A stretch of 64,000 nucleotides of DNA, from assembly GCA_030704615.1 (NCBI GenBank), contig CM060732.1, positions 31,062,001 to 31,126,000 on the forward strand, in the 5' to 3' direction. The DNA is from Takakia lepidozioides (lineage: Eukaryota; Plantae; Bryophyta). Each line of letters begins with the position of its first letter. Within the stretch, counting starts at the first letter, position 1. Of this stretch, positions 48,186 to 61,852 are shown in pieces. A program made the translations under genes and the position numbers. The notes below the pieces were generated by a model that was given only the letters and a program-made list of their open reading frames with translations, searched no databases and had not been told where the DNA came from.

Positions 48186-51017
48186 ATGACGCAGGGGGAG
48201 GAGAAAGCAGCAGTGCTGCGAAATACCAAGGTGCAGCAGTTGGTGCAGAGCAAGGGGCGGCTGGTGGAGGTGCCATACACGGCCACCGTGAGTGACACGC
48301 TCAACGTATTGCTGGCGAAGAATATTCTGGCTGTGCCCGTGGCTGCACCACCGGGACAATGGATCGGAGCCGGCGGTTCTATGATAATGGAGTCCGATAA
48401 GAGCACGGGGACCGTGCGCAAGCAGTACATTGGCATGGTGAGCGTGCTGGACATTTTAATTCATGTCGCTGAGGAGGAACAAGGTGATGATCGTCTCTCA
48501 ACACCAGTGTCCGCCATCATTGGCCACTCGCTGGAGGGCCTCAGCCTTTGGACGATTAGTCCCCATACCTCGTACGTTTCTTTCTCATGTTTCTCCCGGT
48601 GTTGAAAGGCATATGATCTTAAGGGCATCTTACACCTACTGCTACTTGTCGATACTATGGGCTCTACAATGGAGGCTGGGTATTGCTTCATCTGTCCACA
48701 TTGCCATTCTTTCGCCGGAGACTGCTGAATGCGCTGTAAATTTTCGAAGTTATGGTTCAACCTGTGGACATTTCCCAGTTGGCGTGTTCTCAAATTTGCT
48801 GACTTATGAAGGGTTCTGTGTCGTCTCTTCAGTAGATCTACTTACATTGACCTTTGGATCAGGTTCTTCCCTTCTTTGAAAGAAATGACATGGTTACGTC
48901 ATAACTACTGTCTGTGTGGTGGCTAAACTCGCCTGCATCTGGCAAACGTTGTCATTTCCTGATGTACGAGACAGCCTCAGCCGGTTTCCATAGTCTCAAT
49001 ACTTGTACTTGAACAGCAAGGAATTTGAGGAAGGAACTCTTCCTTTGAAATTTTCTGTAGCAATGTTTTCCAGGATGACCTCCACTGTTGGAGTTTGCTT
49101 CCATGACAGTTTGGACATCTGTACCCGTTAGACTGGGCGCCCCCTGAACCCATCACCCCTGTCACAAGAGAGCCACGGCCAAGTCTAAATCTGGCCTCAA
49201 CTTGGAGACCATTCTATAAGGCTCAGAAATAGAATGCTTCCATTATGACAAAATGACTATTACTCTCCTTTGATTCTGCCCTTGATCTTTAGAAAGCTCA
49301 TGGTCAGAGCTCATAGTCAGGCCAGAGATGGTTTGACCCCTTTCAAATTGGACTGAGTTTGCACTGCCACTCAAAAGCGCTGCGGCTAGGTGTAAGCATA
49401 CACCCTTCTTATCTTTTGACCTTCTTCTTCCTCTCTCAACTTTGTAGATTTGGGATGATTAGTGGTATCCTGTTGGCATGGCTGCTCCTTGAAGATTGTT
49501 GGTAGGACCAGGCCAGTGATCTGAATCCCCTTCACACTTTTTTCGGTTTGATCTCTCAGCCAACCTCTCCTCCTTAATTTCTCCAAGCTGAATGTAATAG
49601 ATTGCTGCATAGTTGGTGGTGGGTTCATGGCTTTAACATCCACAGAGGTCATCTCTAAAACACCATCTGAACCTGTGCAATGTGTCTAGCAGGGGCATGG
49701 GAGGTTACTGTAACAAGCAAGATCAGAACCTCTCTGCACTTCGTATTGCGGTTTCTTAATCCTATGCATTCTCGCCTTCTACATTCAATAGTCATATTAG
49801 TTTCTAGGGTCAAATGCATCAAGGGTTCCCTTCACCACCAACTGCCACTATTCCATTCCAATATAAGCTTTGCCTTCACTGCTTTGAGGGTCCAATAGGC
49901 CTCAAACCTTTATTAGCTGGTGGATCATGGTTCTCTGGTCCTATCAAGCTTCCAAAACTAATTCTGATATCAGTGACCCGCCGCTCCCAAGTGTTACCAT
50001 GAAGGAGGCAGCAGTCATAGGAAATACATCCCATATGAATTAGGGTATCCCTTTTCATGACCTTCTACGCAAGATCATTTATGCCAACAGAATAACAGAA
50101 ACCATGTGGGACCATCCATCAGACATTGAGCCTTTCTTGAGGTTTTACTGACCTGGTGGGGTAGCTACTAGCACGAGAGGGTTAACAAGAGGCATCATGA
50201 GTGGATGGCAGAGTATTTGAGGCCATGGAGCCCATGAGTAAAGGCATCCATCGTGTACTGGTTCCAGTGGAGAGTCAAATGGAGCATGTGTCAGGTGTGG
50301 AGCTGACAGAGTCATCACCAGGCTACCACATGCTCACACAGACAGATATGGTGGACTTTTTGCACAAGCAGTCCAAAAATTTGTACTTTGTGACCGGGTG
50401 CACTGTGAGTTCCTTGGGGGCGGTGCAATCCAGTGTGTTTGCAGCACCAAGCTGCATGAAGGTTATGGATGTTGTCAAATGCATGCGAAATGCATCTTTG
50501 ACGGCGGTTGCTATTGTTGAGACAACACCTGACATTGATGAGGAGCCCATTCTCGCCATTGTAAGTAGCCTTCGCATCTTGGTTTGTCTTGGTTTGTACT
50601 ACTGACTTTGGGGAGCAGTTTTATGCCTCAACAGTGTCATGACCTTATGCATTTTTTTTGGTTAAGCAGGGCCATGGTAGGAAGCTTGTGGGCACTTTTT
50701 CAGCGAGTGACTTGCGAGGTTGTACGCCCGAAATGCTGCGAGCATGGTCCTCCCTGTCGGTCATGGACTTCTTCTGCAAGGCAAGTGTGGCGCGGCGCTT
50801 TGGGATGGGGGCTGCACTCAATGCTGGCTATCATGAAGCTAGAGAGTTAATGCAGCCTCCTGTAACTTGTTATCTAAACACATTGCTGGAAGAAGTGGCA
50901 TTCAGAGCCGTGGATAAACGAGTGCATCGTGTGTGGGTAATCGATGAGCAAGGGTTGCTGGTAGGTGTTGTAGCACTATCTGACATACTCAGGGTAGCGC
51001 GTATCTGCTGTACATGA
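48186..51017 (+). CDS. CBS-domain protein, SnRK1 gamma-like PV42 type, 3 exons
   Basis: Exons 48186-48571 (LVEVPYTATV..ILAVPVAAPPGQWIGAGGSMIMESDK..YIGM), 50212-50560 (MEPMSKGIHRVLVP) and 50670-51017 (GRKLVGTFSASDLRGC..VHRVWVID..GVVALSDIL). Introns are in phase. Confidence 0.9.
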
Positions 51018-51706
51018 CACCTTGTCAACACCACACCTGCTAACCAAACCTGCCACATTAATTTTGCTTAGGGTAGACACAATGACAGTTAATACATACA
51101 GCTTGTACAGGAAAACGGTGCAGATACTTCTCTTTAATGGTAAGGGATTAGCATGTGCTGACAGACCTTTTTGCAAATGTCAGTTTATGGACAGACATAC
51201 TCATTTTCTCCATCTATTTGCTTAAAGTTGTTCAACATTTTGGTAGGGCACTCCGTTGCCACTTCTGTCACTTGATTTAGTCAGTTGATTGTAGGTAGTT
51301 ACAGTAATTGTGCTCAAGAACCATGTACCTTGTATCTTTCTCAGTATGGATCTCTTCTTCATACCACCTAGTCCACATCAGCCACCTTGAAAATGACTAA
51401 ACAACCCTGTCATCATGACATCAATCCTGAGGGTAATTGTACAACCTCCTACACTATGTGGCCATGTGGACAACAGCAGCACCAGCCTAATGGTGAACAC
51501 CTAAGAGCGACTCTTGCCCTACTTCCTAGAATTTTTCAGTACATATCAGTGTTTTTTTGTTTTTCTTTTAAATTAAACAGGGGAATTGTTTTGGTTTTTT
51601 CCTTAGAGAGGGAAATAGCCTGGACTGGCTCACTGCCACTGCTATAGAAATATTTGTCACTATTTAATATCAGCTGGTTCCACTGCCAATTACTCATAAA
51701 CTTTTA

Positions 51707-51796
51707 CTATCTACTGATTTTCATTAGAAGCATGATTTTTATCTGTGGACGGGTCCACAAATAAAAATCACCCTTCTAATGAGAATCAGCAGATAG
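51707..51796. repeat. ~90-bp near-perfect palindrome (foldback)
   Basis: CTATCTACTGATTTTCATTAGAAG..GATTTTTATCTGTGGAC-GG-GTCCACAAATAAAAATC..CTTCTAATGAGAATCAGCAGATAG. Confidence 0.8.
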
Positions 51797-52489
51797 GATA
51801 GACAGGGTTAGGATGTGCATCCCCTTTGTGTCCCCACACCTCAAGGCAAAGGGCCCGACACACACCCCTACCAACAACAACGAGTTGATACTTGATACCC
51901 TCATTGACTTGGCTAATTTCAAAGTTGCAGCCGCTTTGTGTCTTCACTTTTCTTGCTCCTTGAGGGGGAGGGCCGCAACATGGAGGTTGTTTTTACAGAC
52001 ATAATCGCCTATGTACTATTTATATGTGCATCAGATGTTTTGCAAATATATGGTATTAAGATTGTGTCTCCAACTGCTCGTGTAAAAGAAGTGGATGATG
52101 GTTGTATAAGCATCATTTTGTAAATGTTGATGTGCTTTATTAATCCCTTTCTAACTGTTAATTCGTTAACCTTGTCTAAATGTTATTTTTTCTTTATCTC
52201 GAACATTTATCCAACATTTATCTGGGGCACATTGTGGTGTGTCAGTTCTCTTATAAAAGAGCTTTTCATCAACAATGGTAGTATTAGAAGATTACAAACA
52301 CATATTTCCAGAGGACATCATTTTGCTGCAGCTCATGAAGACTATGTTCTTTTCTCTTTCTCATACAACGTTTTAATTCTTTTACACTAAGCAAAGGAGA
52401 AAAAGGAAGAGCACGGCTACCTTTTATCTCAAATATCTTGCCTGAAAACAAAGTTCCACTCACCAATCCTCGCTTGCAGGCCACAACTG

Positions 52490-52650
52490 CATCCACAGAT
52501 GTTAGAATCTAGCCACTGCATCCCCAAGATGCAATTGTAGCGAGCTCCATCCCAAATTTCAAAGGTGGCACTAGTTTGAATCCCTTGGACCGTCATAGCA
52601 ACATCAGTCATTCGAGAATTTGTTGTCTCTCCATTGCCATTAGGCAACAG
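52490..52650 (-). pseudogene. Ty3/gypsy-type retropepsin remnant
   Basis: ..PNGNG..VAMTVQG....TFEIWD..YNCILGMQWL matches the C-terminal D/N-x-ILGMxWL motif of retrotransposon aspartic proteases. Confidence 0.5.
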
Positions 52651-53324
52651 AATATGAGATTGATCAACTTGTTCTTCAACAAATCAGTTAACGGAGCTAC
52701 AATTCATGCAAAACCCTTAACAAACTTTCGCAAATAACTTGCTAGTCCAAGAAAGCTTCCTACCAAAGAACAAGGGAAGATGTACCATTGAACATACACC
52801 CTGCCTTACTTCCATCGTTTGGTGGTAAAGGGTATTTTGGAATGAAAGTTCACGAAGTTGTCATCCGTGGTACTCGGTAAGTCATCAAAAATGATCTACT
52901 CTTGTATTCATGTATTAATAATGCATCAATAGTCACACAACTAATAAGAAAGGAAAAGATTCACAACAGCATGCACTAAAGACTATAGACAATTTCAACC
53001 AAGAAGTAAGTCAATAGGCTGTTATAGACCAAGCCATACCAACTTAACTCTATGAACACTCAACAGAAACAATAACAGTGACACGTTAGGCTGGAGTTGA
53101 ACCACCGTTAGATTTATCTATTTGTTTAGATACTGGTGTGACAGGCTCAGATATAAAATTTTGTTATCAAAGGCAGTCCTCAAACAAACTGTGAATATAA
53201 ACATCACTATACACACAGGCCAGTAGCGTGGCTAACCTATTCCTGACGTATTTGGCTTTTGCTTTCAGCATTGGCTATGATTCCATGCTGATTATATCAA
53301 AAGTTAGCTCGAACAAAGGCTTTT

Positions 53325-54429
53325 TATATTTGAACAGAGTGTTGTGAGGATGACTTAAGACGAGGAGGTAAAAAAGAATAAGGTTGTAACTACACCCAAG
53401 CAAACACCTCTGAATAGCCTGTAGTATTGACACCAACCGCACAAGAGTCCTCACACGAATACACCACAATTGTCCCCCAATCTAGGGAATCTAGCCCATC
53501 GTCAAGTTCCAAAAAGCTAAACAGTTGGGGCATGATCTGAAGCCCAAACACACGGCACTTGCCACAATGAGGGCATGGAGGAATGTGAGCGTCCTTTGGT
53601 TGTCCCTTTGATGAAACCCACAAGGACTTAGCCTCTGGTGAGCTTGAGATCATCAATACTTGTTCAGGTGCGCTTGCAATTGTCATCTCAAAATCTGCCC
53701 ACATCTCTTCATCTAGAGACGATTCTTGGATTTCCTCCATGTCAATGGCTGTGAACTCCTCATCTGCCTTTTGCACATAATCTCCTAGAAGCTCTTGCAC
53801 CCTTAGGCTATTTCTTGTTGAATTCAAACTAGACTCTTTGTTGACAACTTCATTTTCTACCACTCACATTCGAAGAAAAGCTCCATTTCTGGCCACGATT
53901 TCTTCTCTGTTACTGACTTGAAGTTGTTTGAGAGGCCTTTGTGCACAACACCACTAGATGATGAGTTTGTTGGATCCAACAATTGATTCCAAACCACTTT
54001 TATGCTTCGACAAGGTTTTTCTTCCAACTGCTTGCACTGCTCATATTGGTCTTGTTGTAAGCATCTCATGTTTAGACATATGAACACAAGTAGAGTGCAA
54101 TACACATGAGATGCAGGTTCTTGTTCAAGCACATCATCAGATACTTGCATAAGGAACTAAAGTGCACCATGACAAATCTCACAAACAAAACTTGGAGATG
54201 ACCATGTGGAATTATTCACATTGTTCAATGGAACCAACCAATTGGGATGCCCACCAACCTTGCTCATAAGAAGGTGCCCCTCCACAACCTTCTTTTCTGT
54301 AACTTCAATGGAATCTAAGAAACCTAGCAATACATGATTGTCATCAGTGGTCTCCTTGTCACCTTCTGAATCTGATTCAACATGATCATGGAGGCTCAAA
54401 TGGTTCAACTGATCCAAGGTGCTATTCAT
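53325..54429 (-). pseudogene. Processed pseudogene of PDCD2 / TSR4-like protein
   Basis: Reads VLLGF, SKVGGHPNWL, C..C..L*FLMQV, TLLVFIC..C, IPPCPHCG..RVFGLQIMPQL, LDWGTIVVYSCEDSC, EVFAWV*. It is intronless, with TAG stops at 54157 and 53390 and a frameshift near 53860. Confidence 0.85.
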
Positions 54430-54892
54430 CTTGTATTCAAAATCTAATGATGTCTATGTATGTCTATGGGTGTCTGCATCAACCTATGAGAACAAAATGC
54501 CAGTGTAAAGTATGATCGGAACACAATGTTTTGCAAAATTAAATAACAAGTGTAAATATCATAGTGTTGATTGAGCTTTTGTGTAAGAGAGTGTTAGTAT
54601 TTTAAGCCTTGCTTGATAATTTAAACAAAAGTAGAACCATGCATAAGCCTTTATGATTGGTGGATCATTTATAGATAAAAATAAAACCAAGTAAAACGGC
54701 TAAATAAATTATTATTTTTGTATTTTTGGTTACTTTTGGAATAAGTGATAATCTTGGAATATACCAAATAGATTGTTATATATAAAATAAAATAAATTGG
54801 ATTAAAAGTAATAATTAAATTAATTTTTTAATAAAATATTAAATAAATAAATATTAAAATGTAACCTATAATAACTGTAAATTTTTACTAAA

Positions 54893-55400
54893 TCAAGAGC
54901 TTTTTCTCCAGCCACGGGGTTCTAGTTTTTTAACTTCTAAGGTGAGTTTGCACACTAATACTAAGAGATTCTGACAAGCATTCTGACAAGCATAGTTCCT
55001 GGGCCCAGTTGCATCAAATGTAATTCGCCCAGAGACATTGCGCCATTGCCCCAAGTAGCATGCTGATGAAATAAGCTTCACCTTGGAGGGATTATCTCTA
55101 ACAGGTCCTTGATGAAGGATATCGTCAAACTCTTTCATTCTGGATCAACCCCCACAAGAATTGCAGGATTCTCCAGTACATACTCTCCATGCGCAAATAG
55201 CAATAAAATCAACCGGTCATTCTCTTTCATGCCAAAGACTATACGCTGAAGTTTCTCCTTGTACCTCTGAATGAGACAGTGCTCAGGACACGCTGTATAG
55301 AACGCCTCATCATCTTCAGTCAAAACTACCATCCTCTTGTCCTTCAAATAATGTGTTCCTTGGCATTTTGCTTCGCCAACCAAGTCTACACATGTCAACC
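54893..55400 (-). pseudogene. Fragment of a clan CD (caspase/CHAT-like) protein of unknown family
   Basis: DRLILLLFAHGE and KLISSACY motifs resemble the His-Gly and Ala-Cys catalytic dyad strands. The reading frame is broken at ~55135. Confidence 0.35.
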
Positions 55401-56269
55401 AATTTTGTTCACAATGAACATCCCTATAGATATGATGGGCTCACACTCACATCTCCCACACCTTGTTTCTGGACTCCGCGTCTGTCTCACACTCACATCT
55501 CCCGCACGTTGTGTCTGGACTCCGCGCCTGTCTCACACTCATCTCACCCCTTTGCCCCAGCACCGCCATGATGCCTCTGACACCTGCACCAACACAAAGT
55601 CGCCAGCTGGGCCCCGCTACTAGGCAGCAAACCAAGCATCATCATCATCCGGTGCAGCCTCATGATTTCCTAACAAAGCTAAGAGGATGGTTCTTCCATC
55701 ATTGTACTAGTTGAGACGAGGTTGACTAGCGTGAGATGCAAACAGACATGCATATTCTGCATGTTCCTAAAAAATCTTAAGAATATGCGACAGTGAAACG
55801 AAAATGCGCTTATGCGACAAAATTGCAAAACATGTTCACAATTTGTGGTTGAGTATAGGGACAAGAGGTTTGCTGGCGAAACTCTTTTTCTGATTTTCTG
55901 TTTTTATTTTATTTTTTTTTTTTTCGTTTGTTTTGCCAGCGAAATTGTGTCTAACTCGAATATTCATTTTGCTAGCAAAATATTGCTATTTATAGTATCT
56001 TAATATTAAAAGTAATATTTCACTATTAAATGTTTGTATTTCATTGTATGTCGGGAGGGTTTTATCTAAAATATACTCATAGACCATCTAACAACTATGT
56101 CCGCTTATGATTTGTATTTCCGTTTGTTAACATATTTCCCCCATAACCATGGATTGTGGTTTTTCTGTTTGATACCCCATGTTTTTCATTTCGCTATGGA
56201 ATGCTTGTGGATATTCGTGGAAGACTCCGAATATTCTCCTCTGCATATATGAAAGGGACGCAGTAGGTA

Positions 56270-56315
56270 ATTAGGGTTACGGTTAGCTCTGTTGTTGGTG
56301 CAAGGGTTAGGGTTA
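56270..56315. promoter_or_regulatory. Telo-box (TAGGGTT) motifs upstream of the eIF4E-family gene
   Basis: TTAGGGTTA at 56271 and AGGGTTAGGGTTAG at ~56303. Telo-boxes are known from plant translation-machinery promoters. Confidence 0.4.
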
Positions 56316-56384
56316 GCTGTGTTGTGTGGTGCAATCCAAGATAGCCGGTGAGTGTGTTGAGAGAGGGTTGTGTAGGGAGGGATA

Positions 56385-59300
56385 ATGCGGCAGTCCATGG
56401 AGGCAGTGCGGGAGCAGGAGAAGCGGGGTGGGGAAGGGGACAGCCCTGTCACTGCCACCACACGACTGGATGCTGTTGGCACCGATCGATCCCCGCTGCT
56501 GCCGTTATCTGCGGCTCTAGTACCTGACGAGCGTCGCGGCAAGGAAAATGATGAAAAGGACAGGCGGGCGCGGGAGGCTGAGGATCGGGATAGGCAGGAC
56601 CGAGAACTTCGCGCTTCTCTGCATCCCCTGCAGGTTGGATAAATTTTGCAACTCGAGTTTTGGAGAGCTCCAAATTTACTTATAAGCACTTCTGCTCCAA
56701 ATAACTGCTATTGTGTTCACTTTTCATTTGATTTTAGACTTGGAGTTAGGATTTAAAGTGGAAAAGATGTCGCTAATGCTTGATAGTCTGAAGGGAAATG
56801 GAAATTACGGCGGAGGAGAAGTAGGGTGTAGAGAAGGGAATGCTTTGTGGAATATCAGAAGACAGCTGAAGATTGGCACGCTTATGTTTTATGTAGATTG
56901 TTTTTCTCCCCTGTTATGTTACGGAGCTAGATTCCATGTAGTTAAAATTCATTCAAAACAGGGATAAACATTCTCTTATTAGGTTTCTTATCCCCAACTA
57001 CAGATTTACGTTTTTAGCTGTGTCCTGTTCTAGCATTGTGGTGGTGCTCTAAGTCTCGAATCATGCTCTGCCAGCAAGTGGACTCTTGTAGATGTTCAGA
57101 TTTGGTTTTTTGCATTGTTAGTTATTTAGGCAAAATTGAGGGCGATTAAACAGTAATTTCGTCCTTGCATGCTACTCTCGTGAAGGAAAAAAAACACGGA
57201 AGAAATTCATGGGTAACGTATGTCTTCATGGGGCCATGCTTGTGCTGAGTACCATTTAATTATGAAGGTTTGTGTTTGTCGGTCTTTTGCAGCACAGGTT
57301 TTTGTTTTGGTACACCAGAAGGACACCAGGCATCCGGTCACAAACCTCATATGAGGACAGTATGAAGAAAATTATCGAATTCAGCACTGTAAGCCACCCT
57401 ATTTGCTAAGTCAATTTATACATGTAGGGAACCAGTAGTCAAGGAGCAGACATATGCATTATTTTTGTGCCTCTGATTTCTTCGGTGGGTGACTGAACCT
57501 GTGCCTAGTCCACCTGTGCAGTCCCCTCTCTCTCTCTCTCTCTCTCTCAGGCTTATGACAGTGTGGAGAGACGGTCTATGGCTCTGACTCTGGTCATGTG
57601 GGATCAAGGGACAGATGTGGGGAGTTGTCCCTAACTTGTATGCTCACACCAAAAGTTGTGTCACTGTTAATGGACAGAAGTCTAACTTCTTTGACATAGA
57701 CCAAGGTGTGGCTTAAGGATGTACCCTCTCCCCTCTGCTCTTCAATGTTTTCATCAATCAACTCCTCAAGGATGTGGAAAGTGAGGGATTTGGGCTAAGG
57801 GTGGGTGATGCCACCATACCAGCCCTTATGTTTGCGGATGACTTTGCATGAGTTGATTGATTGCGCGAAGAGATACTCTGACCTTTGGGGGCTAGAGACT
57901 AATAATCTGCAGTGGTGGCATTCAATGACCGAGGAGAGGGAGGAGGTGATCTCAAGTGGCAGTGGGGAAGCCAAGAGATTCCGGTCCTCCCTTCCTACAC
58001 ATACCTCGGCGTTGAGTTTTCCTCCAACTGTAATTGGGATGCACAGTTCAGAAAGTTGTTCAAACTGGCAAGCGCAAAGCGCTGGGTCTCATTAAAATTT
58101 TCCACTGCAGAGGGAGGTCAAGAAAACCATGGTTTGTCGCGTTATTAGACCTTCCTTGGAGTACGCATCTGCAATATGGGTTGATAACTCCAACCAGGCT
58201 AAGTCTCTAGAATCCATTCAAGTGGGGGTGCTTAAGGAGTGCATGTCAGCATGCTCCAAAACAGCCAATATGGCTGTTCGGGGTGAGTTTGGCATCCCTT
58301 CCTTTAGCTCCCGACGGGATGGTCAGGTGGTGGGGTCAGCTGCAATATATGTGTAGTATCAGAAGTTAATCAACTCTATATCTTGGAAGCAGGATCGCCC
58401 TGTCAAACAGGCTAAGTCCTGGCAGATGAGGGTAGAAGAAATTTTCTCAAGGATCTGAATCTAAGTCAGCAAGTCTGCACCCTGCTGGATAAATCTGACG
58501 TAGAGGCTGAAGTGTCCAAAGTCATGTCTGTTGCCAGGAAATTGTCTGATGAAAATGAAGTTAGTCAGAAAACTTTCCTGACCTTGTTTCCAGTCTGTGA
58601 CATGGGTGAGGCCACCATGGATGACCTCAAGGGTTTACCCACTCTCGGCACTAGACGGAAATTTAAACTCAGGGCAGGAGGCCTACCTTTGAACAGCATT
58701 TGTGAATGCCTGTTGTGCCCACAACCTGAAGAAAATATCCACTTTCTGATTCATTGTCCTGGGTACGGGCGGTGGTTTTCTGAAGGGTTTCTAACAAACC
58801 CCACCACCGACCCCAATCACCCAGAAGTGAGAAACAAATCAGGAGCAAGACTGGTTTAGGAGAAGGGTGATGGTGCCTTGCAATTCAAGCTGTCTTGTCC
58901 TGGTTTGTTAAAAAACTTTCTGATCTGGTCAAGTTCTGACAGATCCTTCCTTGTCGTGACAAGACAAGCCCTATCTCTCTCTCTCTCAGTTTGGCATACC
59001 TGTCTCTCTCAGTTAAGCTCTCTACGAGATGAATTCAAGGTCAGATTGTGGGGTCAGTTGAATTGCATGTTTAATACCAGATACCCTTAGGATTTTCAAT
59101 TATTTGAATATTGGTCCAGAAGAACAGACCCTACTCGATGAAGCTGACCTGGAGGGGTTGTGTCCAAAGCCATGTCTGATGCCCAAAGACTGTGATGAAA
59201 ATGATGTTAAAAATGAAACTTGTTTCCATTCTGTGATATGGGCAAGGACCTTAAGGATGATCTCAGTGGATCACCTACCCACGACACTAGACGAAAATCT

Positions 59301-61852
59301 GAACTCAGGGCAGGGAGCCTACCTTTGAACAATAAACAGATGCAGAGAGCAAAACGAGATTGTAAAATGCCTGATGTGTGGACAACCTGAAGACAAAATC
59401 CATTCTTTGTTTCGTCGTCCGGGGTATTCTCACCAGAAAGTGACCCTCTTCATGAACATCAAGAACATGGTTCCTGCACCCCTGATCACTATCTTCGAAA
59501 ATCTCAGGGCTGAGCCTAAAGCCCTGGCCCTGCTGGGGTCTAACTTTTGGGCTGCTCACGCACAAAAGATTGATGCTCGTGTGAAGGGCTTTCTAGAGCA
59601 TATCTGGAAAGCCAGAACTAAGTGTTTGAATCAAGGTAATTTGCATGACTGGAGTGATCCCCTCACAAAGGTAGTGTCTATTACCTGTGTTTCCGTACAA
59701 TCTGGGCGTGGGGTCTATGGCCACAAGGCTACCAACAAAGTCTTATGAGTACATTCTCCCACAGGCAATAGGACACAAGCCTCCTAGCATGAAATGCAAT
59801 GTAATCATAGTTTTGCTTTATCATTTTTGTTAAATGGTCAGAGACTAGGTGTCAATTAGCACCATGATCCCTCTTACAGCCTCTGCTTTTATATCCAAAC
59901 GATCAGAATCTGTAGTAGTGAAAGATGTCTGATGTGCCAAATCTAAGAATCTGAACGGAACGAAGTTGAAAGTCGTAAGCTTAGACCCTTCCATTTCATG
60001 CACTATCTTGAAGTCTGAACTGAACCTCTATAGTCTAGTAAATATTTAGTCAACTCATTTTGTGCATTGGATGAAATAGGTGGAAGGATTTTGGGGCTGC
60101 TACTGCCACCTGGCACGGGCAACCACCTTGCCAAATCCTACTGATATTCATCTGTTCAAGGAGGGTATTCGTCCACTATGGGAGGTACTTGTCTGCATTC
60201 CAGTCTCAAACATCTCAACAATTGATCTCATGTGGAATGGTATGCAGGTTGTGCAGTTTTACACGTGGGTTACCTACAGCCACAACTGTAGATTCCATGT
60301 GTTGAAATCCCCCATAGATGAAAGCAAGGGTTTTATCTGGAGAGTACTCAGGGACCTATGAACTTCCAGTTGCTGGGCTTCTCTTTGGAAGTCGCTGCTT
60401 ATCCATTCAGAACCGTGAATGTGCATTGTATCAAATGTAATGTTTCTAGGTGTGGTCAATGTTGAGGTTTTTGGTCTAGCAAGGAGTTTTGTTTTGGTAG
60501 TGACTCGAAGATGAAATTGGTTGGAGGCACATCAGAACTAAGGGAGGTATTTTGAATGCATGGTTGTGCAGGACCCAGCAAATCGGAATGGAGGGAAATG
60601 GATTATTCGATTCAAAAAGCTTGTTTCAGGCCGTTACTGGGAAGATCTGGTACATTCCTGCTGTTCCCCTGTTATGCGATTCAGGGTCAGTGTAGTGATC
60701 CCAAAATTGTAAATGGGCCTCTTTAACCTGGAGTACATCATTGATGGATGGTCCATGGGTTACCTTAGTGAAAATGGTTGTAGTGGAAATATGGTCATTG
60801 GGGACCCCCTACGGTCCAAAAGAGTTTTTTGGTTTGTTCATTGGTGGTTCTGCTGGATACACCTCTCAATGGTACAGGAGAAGTTGCAGGGTTGAGCGGT
60901 GTATGTTAACCCGTATAGAGGCTGTCAAAGTTAATATTTTAATCACTCGGTGGAAGCTCCAATAAAAGATGACCAGTCTGTCTTTCTGTCCCAATGGTGA
61001 GAAGAAGAATATGGCATGCGCAGTTGAATGAGTATCTTCTATCTCCTGTCTCAATCTGGAAGTTGTGTCCCCAACTTGATTTGCACAGGTTCTGGCAATT
61101 ATAGGAGACCAATTGGATTATGGGGATACTGTGTGTGGTGCTGTTTTGAGCATTCGATTTGGGGAGGATATTCTCAGTGTCTGGAACCGAAATGCCTCTG
61201 ACAACCAGGTGGTGATTACTTCATTTTCAGTTACAGTTTCAATATGCAGTACAGTGTCCCCTTTACAACATGGGAAGTCTTGCAAGCTGTTTTGAGTTTT
61301 GATTGGTAGTATCTTGTACATTCCCAGTTGAATGGATCCTTGATGTGACTAGTTCATGCAGCCTCACCACAGGAACACACGTGGTGGGAACTAGAGCATG
61401 CCTTCTGACCTAGGTACTCCCTGGAGTTGCAGCCATGTTTACTATGGGTTGCTTGATTGTAGTGATAAGTGACTTGGGAGTTTTCATTTGTACTGGCCGG
61501 TCACTGCTGTTCTAAACATGTGAGAAAAAAACTGACCTGGAAGTAGCATCTGGTGGTTAGGTTTGGCTCAAGAGGCTTGCAGCAGGGCTAAACCATGAAA
61601 AGAAGATGCTGTTATCACACTGGCTGTAATTACTAATATTGCAAATTTGTTTTTCACAGTTATGCAAATTTTGATGCATTTGTTAACATGGAATTGGGCT
61701 TGCTTGGGTGCAAAGTGCAGGCAGTCATGTCTTTGCGAGACTCGATCAAACGGTATCTTCAACTCCCACTTGGTTATGTGATGGAGTACAAACCCCACGA
61801 TGCCTCGCTACGTGATAACTCTTCCTTCCGGAACACCTGGTTAAGGGGTTAG
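56385..61852 (+). CDS. nCBP: Eukaryotic translation initiation factor 4E-type novel cap-binding protein, 6 exons
   Basis: Exons 56385-56633 (..LHPLQ), 57293-57388 (FWYTRRTPG..SYED), 60080-60184 (VEGFWGCYCHLAR..HLFKEGIRPLWE), 60572-60649 (DPANRNGGKWIIRF), 61089-61208 and 61721-61852 (MEYKPHDASLRDNSSFRNTWLRG*). Confidence 0.95.
57549..59757 (+). mobile_element. Two decayed, tandem or nested copies of the RTE/RTEX-like LINE in nCBP intron 2
   Basis: Highly similar to 43872-45185 ([43 protein letters not shown]). A second fragment restarts at ~59015 after another (TC)n tract and ends GHKATNKVL*. Confidence 0.85.
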
